From positions 1 to 37,673 of the forward strand of contig JBGAGQ010000064.1 in the NCBI GenBank assembly GCA_044226625.1: a DNA stretch of 37,673 nucleotides. Reading direction: 5' to 3'. Positions 31,420 to 37,673 of this stretch are shown piece by piece; position 1 is the stretch's first letter, and the number at the start of each line of letters is the position of its first letter. This DNA is from Thermoanaerobaculia bacterium. GTDB taxonomy: Bacteria; Acidobacteriota; Thermoanaerobaculia; Multivoradales; UBA5704. The notes under the pieces were generated by a model, which ran no database searches, was not told where the DNA came from, and saw only the letters and a program-made list of their open reading frames with translations. The position numbers were made by a program, and so were the translations under genes.

Positions 31420-32039
31420 TTCGCGAGCACCTCCACCAAACGATCGAGAGCGGCGGCGCTGATCACGAAATGTTGACGATCGACGACGTCGTAGACGTTG
31501 ACCGCGAGGGCGTCCACCGTCTTCCATTTCGGGTGATTGCGCGCGGCGAGCGTCAGATCGTGATTCTCATGCGTATCGACCAACAAGACCTTGCCGTCGA
31601 GGCCGAGGCGGCCGAGCCGGGTGTTGAGCTCCTTGGTCTTGTGCGAGCCGATCGACATGTTGTCGATGACCACGAACTCGGACTCGGCGAGCTTGCGCGA
31701 GAGCGCCGACTTGAGCGCGTTCCGCTTCTCGCGGGCCGTGATGTCCTTGTCGTAGCTGCGCGGCTGGGGGCCGTGAACGGTGCCGCCGTGACGCCACTTC
31801 GGGTTGCGGATGTCGCCGGTGCGCGCCCGCCCGGTCCCCTTCTGGCGCCAGAGCTTCTTGCCCGAGCCGGAAACTTCCGAGCGATCCTTGACCTTGTGGG
31901 TGCCGCGCCGACGGGCCGCGAGCGTCGCCACCACCACCTCGTGGATCAGGTGCTCGTTGTAGGGATAGGCGAACACCGACTCCGGCAGCTCGATCTCGCG
32001 CACCGCCTGGTTGTCGAAGTTCTTGACCGCGATCTTCAT
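31416..32039 (-). CDS. rplD: 50S ribosomal protein L4
   Basis: Probable ATG at 32039 (AAGGA upstream); R.GTH.VK.RSEVSG, WRQKGTGRAR, GG...HGP.PR. Confidence 0.96.
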   Translation of the reverse strand: MKIAVKNFDNQAVREIELPESVFAYPYNEHLIHEVVVATLAARRRGTHKVKDRSEVSGSGKKLWRQKGTGRARTGDIRNPKWRHGGTVHGPQPRSYDKDITAREKRNALKSALSRKLAESEFVVIDNMSIGSHKTKELNTRLGRLGLDGKVLLVDTHENHDLTLAARNHPKWKTVDALAVNVYDVVDRQHFVISAAALDRLVEVLAK

Positions 32040-32080
32040 GTCTTTCGTCCTTGGCGCTCTATGAATTTCGGACACGGGGA

Positions 32081-32707
32081 TCAGCCGCGCTTGGCTCGGC
32101 GGATCGCGACGTAGCTGTTGACGGCTCCGGGCACCGCGCCGCGCAGGTAGATCAGGTTCTTCTCGGCGTCGATCTTGACGATGAGCAGGTTCTTGGTCGT
32201 GATTCGCTCGCCGCCCATCCGACCGGCGGCCCGCATGCCGGGGAAGACGCGCGACGGATAAGCCGAGGAGCCGATCGAGCCGGGAGCCCGGTGGTGCATC
32301 GAGCCGTGGGTGTCCTTGCCGCCGCCGAAGCCGTGCCGCTTCACGACGCCCTGGAAGCCCTTGCCCTTGCTGGTGCCCACCACGTCCACGTACTCGGCCT
32401 CGGCGAACATCGACGCCTTGACCTCGTCACCCGGCTTCGGATCTTCGTCGGCTCCGAAACGGAACTCGCCGATCGTCCGGGTCGGCGCGACGCAGGCCTT
32501 CTTGAAATGGCCCGCGGTCGGCTTGTTCGCCTTGTAGCGCGCCGTCTCGACGAGCCCGAGCTGCACCGCCTCGTAGCCGTCCTTGTCGGCGGTCCGCCGC
32601 TGCACCACGAGGCACGGCCCCGCCTCGATCACCGTCACCGGAACGGCGTTGCCGTTCTCGACGTAAATCTGGGTCATGCCTAACTTGCGTCCCAACATGC
32701 CATCCAT
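32081..32707 (-). CDS. rplC: 50S ribosomal protein L3
   Basis: [36 protein letters not shown]. Confidence 0.98.
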   Translation of the reverse strand: MDGMLGRKLGMTQIYVENGNAVPVTVIEAGPCLVVQRRTADKDGYEAVQLGLVETARYKANKPTAGHFKKACVAPTRTIGEFRFGADEDPKPGDEVKASMFAEAEYVDVVGTSKGKGFQGVVKRHGFGGGKDTHGSMHHRAPGSIGSSAYPSRVFPGMRAAGRMGGERITTKNLLIVKIDAEKNLIYLRGAVPGAVNSYVAIRRAKRG

Positions 32708-32737
32708 CGCCGCTCTCCTTGCCGCGTGCCGCGCCGC

Positions 32738-33055
32738 TTACTTACCGAAGGCCTTGATCTCGACGTCCACCCCGGCGGGGAGCTCGAGCTTCATCAGCGC
32801 GTCGACGGTCTGGCTGGTCGGTTCGAAAATGTCGAGCAGCCGCTTGTGGGTCCGGATCTCGAACTGCTCGCGCGACTTTTTGTCGACGTGCGGCGAACGG
32901 TTCACGGTATAGCGCGCGATGTGCGTCGGCAGGGGAATCGGCCCCACCACCCGCGCACCGGTACGCCGGGCCGTATCCAAGATCTCGTGCGTCGAGGTGT
33001 CGAGGATGCGGTAGTCGAAAGCTTTGAGGCGGATCCGAATCTTCTCGTTGACCAT
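32738..33055 (-). CDS. rpsJ: 30S ribosomal protein S10
   Basis: [30 protein letters not shown]. Confidence 0.99.
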   Translation of the reverse strand: MVNEKIRIRLKAFDYRILDTSTHEILDTARRTGARVVGPIPLPTHIARYTVNRSPHVDKKSREQFEIRTHKRLLDIFEPTSQTVDALMKLELPAGVDVEIKAFGK

Positions 33056-33107
33056 GATCTCGTTCTTTCCGTTCCGGCTCTTAAAAGTCCGCGCGAACCG
33101 CCGCGGG

Positions 33108-34316
<1,209 letters not shown>

Positions 34317-34329
34317 GGTGCGCGAGTCC

Positions 34330-34358
34330 TCTCTCTTCGATCTCTCTTCTATCTCTTA
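34330..34358. repeat. 11-nt tandem repeat in the fusA-tuf spacer
   Basis: tctctcttcga tctctcttcta tctctta. Confidence 0.65.
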
Positions 34359-34368
34359 GCGCTCTCGA

Positions 34369-36450
34369 CTACCCGGCGGCCTTCGCGACGACCTCTTCGG
34401 AGACCGCCTTCGGAGCCTGCTCGTAGCTCGAGAACTGCATGCTGTAGTTGGCGCGCCCCTGCGACAGCGATCGCAGGTCGGTCGCGTAGCCGAACATCTC
34501 CGACAGGGGGACCCGAGCCTCGATCACCTGCGCGGTGCCCCGGGCTTCCATCGCCTGGATGCGGCCGCGGCGCGAGGTGATGTCGCCGATCACGTCGCCC
34601 ATGTACTCTTCCGGCGTCACCACTTCGACCGCCATCACGGGCTCGAGCAGCACAGGCCGCGCCCGCTTCAGGGCGTCCTGGAGAGCCATCGAGCCGGCGA
34701 TCTTGAAGGCGATTTCCGACGAGTCGACGTCGTGGTAGGAACCGAAGATCAGGTCGACCTCGAGGCCGACCAGCGGGAACCCGGCGAGCGGGCCGGTCTC
34801 GGTCGCTTCCTGGATGCCCTGGTCGACCGGCTTGATGTACTCCTTCGGGATCACGCCGCCGACGATCTTGTTGTTGAAGACGTAGTCCTTCTCGCACGGG
34901 CGGATGGTGATCTTGGCGTGGCCGTACTGACCGCGGCCGCCGGTCTGACGCACGAATCGAGCCTCGCCCGTCGCTTCCGAGGTGATCGCCTCTTTGTAGG
35001 CGACCTGCGGCTTGCCGACGTTCGCGCCGACGTTGAACTCGCGCACCAGGCGGTCGGTGATGATTTCGAGATGGAGCTCGCCCATGCCAGAGATCAACGT
35101 CTGACCGGTGTCCTTGTCGGTGTGGACGCGGAAGGTCGGGTCTTCCTGCATCAACTTGCCGAGCGCCATGCCCATCTTTTCCTGGTCGGCCTTGGTCTTC
35201 GGCTCGATCGAGACCGAGATGACCGGCTCGGGGAAGTTCATGGCCTCGAGGACAACCGGATTCTTCGAATCGCAGATCGTGTCGCCCGTGGTCACGTTCT
35301 TCAAGCCGACCGCCGCCGCGATGTCTCCCGCCCAAACCTCGGAGATCTCCTCGCGCTTGTTGGCGTGCATCTTGAGGAGACGGCCGATCCGGTCCGAAGT
35401 GCCCTTCTTGGCGTTCAGGACGGAGGTGCCCGACTCGATGCGGCCGGAGTAGACCCGGAAGAAGGTGAGCTGGCCGACGTACGGGTCGGTCATGATTTTG
35501 AAGATCAGCCCCGAGAACGGCTCGTCGTCGGCCGCGCGGCGCGTGACCGGCTGATCGTTCGACGGGTTCACCCCTTCGATTGCCGGCACGTCGATCGGCG
35601 ACGGCAGCAGCTCGACGACCGCGTCGAGCAGCGGCTGGACGCCCTTGTTCTTGAACGCGCTGCCGCAGGTGACCGGATGGAGCTTGCCAAGGAGAACCGC
35701 CTTGCGGAGGGCCGCCTTGAGCTCGGGGATCGAGATCGCCTCGCCCCCGAGGTACTTCTCGAGCAGCTCGTCGTCGGTCTCGGCGATCGCCTCGACCATC
35801 TTTTCGCGCGCCTCGATCGCGAGGTCGCGATCCTCGGCGTCGAGCGTGTCGATGGCGACGACCTCGTAGGCCGCTCCCATCGTCTCGTCCTTATAAAGGA
35901 TGCCGCGCAGGTCGACGAGGTCGATGATCCCCTTTAGGCGATCTTCCTTACCCCAGGGGAGCTGAATCGGCACGGGCTTCGCGCCCAGGCGCGTCACCAT
36001 CATCGAGACGCAGCGATCGAAGTCGGCGCCGACGCGGTCCATCTTGTTGACGAACGCGATGCGCGGGACGTTGTAGCGATCCGCCTGCCGCCAGACCGTC
36101 TCGGACTGCGGCTCGACGCCGGCCACCGCGTCGAACACCGCGACCGCGCCGTCGAGCACGCGGAGCGAGCGCTCCACTTCGGCGGTGAAGTCGACGTGAC
36201 CCGGCGTGTCGATGATGTTGATCCGATGGTTCTTCCAGAAGCAGGTCGTCGCGGCGGACGTGATCGTGATGCCGCGCTCCTGCTCCTGCACCATCCAGTC
36301 CATGGTGGCCGTACCCTCATGGACCTCACCGATCTTGTAGTTGACCCCCGTGTAGAAAAGGATCCGCTCGGTGGTGGTCGTCTTGCCGGCATCGATGTGG
36401 GCCATGATGCCGATGTTGCGGGTGTCTTTGAGAGGGTGTGGCCTTGCCAT
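34369..36450 (-). CDS. fusA: Elongation factor G
   Basis: [40 protein letters not shown]. Confidence 0.99.
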   Translation of the reverse strand: MARPHPLKDTRNIGIMAHIDAGKTTTTERILFYTGVNYKIGEVHEGTATMDWMVQEQERGITITSAATTCFWKNHRINIIDTPGHVDFTAEVERSLRVLDGAVAVFDAVAGVEPQSETVWRQADRYNVPRIAFVNKMDRVGADFDRCVSMMVTRLGAKPVPIQLPWGKEDRLKGIIDLVDLRGILYKDETMGAAYEVVAIDTLDAEDRDLAIEAREKMVEAIAETDDELLEKYLGGEAISIPELKAALRKAVLLGKLHPVTCGSAFKNKGVQPLLDAVVELLPSPIDVPAIEGVNPSNDQPVTRRAADDEPFSGLIFKIMTDPYVGQLTFFRVYSGRIESGTSVLNAKKGTSDRIGRLLKMHANKREEISEVWAGDIAAAVGLKNVTTGDTICDSKNPVVLEAMNFPEPVISVSIEPKTKADQEKMGMALGKLMQEDPTFRVHTDKDTGQTLISGMGELHLEIITDRLVREFNVGANVGKPQVAYKEAITSEATGEARFVRQTGGRGQYGHAKITIRPCEKDYVFNNKIVGGVIPKEYIKPVDQGIQEATETGPLAGFPLVGLEVDLIFGSYHDVDSSEIAFKIAGSMALQDALKRARPVLLEPVMAVEVVTPEEYMGDVIGDITSRRGRIQAMEARGTAQVIEARVPLSEMFGYATDLRSLSQGRANYSMQFSSYEQAPKAVSEEVVAKAAG

Positions 36451-36520
36451 GATTTCGACTGCCTCTACGAGCTCTTGACGTTCGGCGACTGCGGTCGTCG
36501 CGAAGACGACCGGCGCGCTG

Positions 36521-36991
36521 TTACCAACGATAGTGGGCGAAGGCCTTGTTGGCCTCGGCCATACGGTGCGTGTCTTCGCGCTTCTTGATCGCGGTACCGC
36601 GACCCTCGGCGGCTTCCATCAGCTCGGCCGCGAGCCGGGCGCGCATGGTCTTCTCGCCGCGCGACTGCGCGGTCGCGATCAGCCAGCGCATCGACAGCGC
36701 CAAACGGCGGGCCGGACGGACCTCCACGGGAACCTGATAAGTCGAGCCGCCGACGCGCCGCGACTTGACCTCGACCGAAGGCTTGACGTTCTCGACCGCC
36801 TTCTTGAAGACCTTCATCGGATCGTCGCCGGTCTTCTCCCGGATGGTGTCCAGGGCTGCGTACAGGATCCGCTCGGCGGTGGTCTTCTTGCCGTCGCGCA
36901 TCACGACGTTGACGAACTTGGTCACCAGCTGCGAGTTGTACAGAGGATCCGGCAGGATCTCTCGCTTCGGTACTTCTCTACGCCTCGGCAT
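36521..36991 (-). CDS. rpsG: 30S ribosomal protein S7
   Basis: [30 protein letters not shown]. Confidence 0.99.
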   Translation of the reverse strand: MPRRREVPKREILPDPLYNSQLVTKFVNVVMRDGKKTTAERILYAALDTIREKTGDDPMKVFKKAVENVKPSVEVKSRRVGGSTYQVPVEVRPARRLALSMRWLIATAQSRGEKTMRARLAAELMEAAEGRGTAIKKREDTHRMAEANKAFAHYRW

Positions 36992-37024
36992 TTTTCTAGC
37001 GCTCCTAGCTCTCGGTCGGACGGG

Positions 37025-37399
37025 TTACGACTTCGGCCGCTTGGTGCCGTACTTCGAACGGCTCTGCTTGCGACCGTTGACGCCCACGGCGTCGAGCGTG
37101 CCGCGCACCACGTGATAGCGCACGCCCGGAAGGTCCTTAACGCGGCCCCCGCGGATCAGCACGATCGAGTGCTCCTGCAGGTTGTGGCCGACGCCCGGGA
37201 TGTAGGTGGTCACCTCGATGCCGTTGGTCAACCGCACGCGAGCCACCTTGCGCAGCGCGGAGTTCGGCTTCTTCGGCGTCTGGGTATAGACGCGGACGCA
37301 GACGCCGCGCTTCTGAGGGGACCCCTGCAGGGCCGGAGCCTTCGTCTTGTAGACGACCTTCTCGCGCCCCTTGCGCACCAACTGATGAATCGTAGGCAT
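37025..37399 (-). CDS. rpsL: 30S ribosomal protein S12
   Basis: Start reassigned to ATG at 37399 (MPTIHQLVR); [24 protein letters not shown]. Confidence 0.99.
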   Translation of the reverse strand: MPTIHQLVRKGREKVVYKTKAPALQGSPQKRGVCVRVYTQTPKKPNSALRKVARVRLTNGIEVTTYIPGVGHNLQEHSIVLIRGGRVKDLPGVRYHVVRGTLDAVGVNGRKQSRSKYGTKRPKS

Positions 37400-37640
37400 A
37401 CCGTTCCGCTCTCCGTCGTATGTCCTGTTCCAAAATTCCCTATTGCCGTTACGGAGCGAGACGGGCCTACAGCCGCCAAAGGCTGGCAGCGAGACCCTGA
37501 GGAACCGCTCCTCACGTTGTCCCGAGCGGGGAACTATGGCTCGGGATCTCGTCTTCAATCACAAGAGACCCACAAGGGGGCTCCGGAGAAGACTCCGCCC
37601 CGGTCCCGGGAGGGACCCTCGGCGGCTGGGAAACCCGCGT

Positions 37641-37669
37641 ACCTTACCCGAAGGCGCCAGACCCGTCAA
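37641..37669 (-). promoter_or_regulatory. Sigma70-type promoter for the str/S10 cluster
   Basis: TTGACG (37669-37664), exactly 17 nt spacer, TAAGGT (37646-37641), then a GC-rich discriminator-like ACGCGG. Confidence 0.7.
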
Positions 37670-37673
37670 GGGA

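Noticed and set aside
37025-37399. Streptomycin-resistance alleles in S12
   Set aside because: PKKPNS and RVKDLPG are wild-type.
37400-37558. 53-aa N-terminal extension of S12
   Set aside because: The canonical MPTI start has its own GGAG RBS; the upstream region is better explained as a structured leader.

Overview
High-GC bacterial chromosomal window, probably Acidobacteriota (Thermoanaerobaculia-like; inferred from the RpoA N-terminus and an IPTL-CTERM-like surface protein, not from a search). The right ~20.5 kb (17195-37673, minus strand) is a complete str-S10-spc-alpha ribosomal supercluster running from rpsL to rplQ, with a sigma70-like promoter at the window edge and an intrinsic terminator after rplQ. 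The left ~17 kb holds def-rlmH-DksA/TraR (minus), a divergent type-2 ileS-phosphomannomutase-membrane hydrolase unit (plus), and a minus-strand accessory run. That run contains a choice-of-anchor Q surface protein, an MFS transporter, a secreted M1 peptidase, a secreted amidohydrolase, a DUF4097-like protein, a vapBC toxin-antitoxin pair and a membrane-anchored hypothetical. I saw no tRNA, rRNA, CRISPR array, transposase or integrase, and I cannot demonstrate a new multi-gene system. The strongest leads are an EF-Tu with a rewritten switch-I and G5 motif, a ~235-nt structured rpsL leader plus other structured spacers, a heptamer-repeat spacer between rplB and rpsS, and a C3H-type S14.
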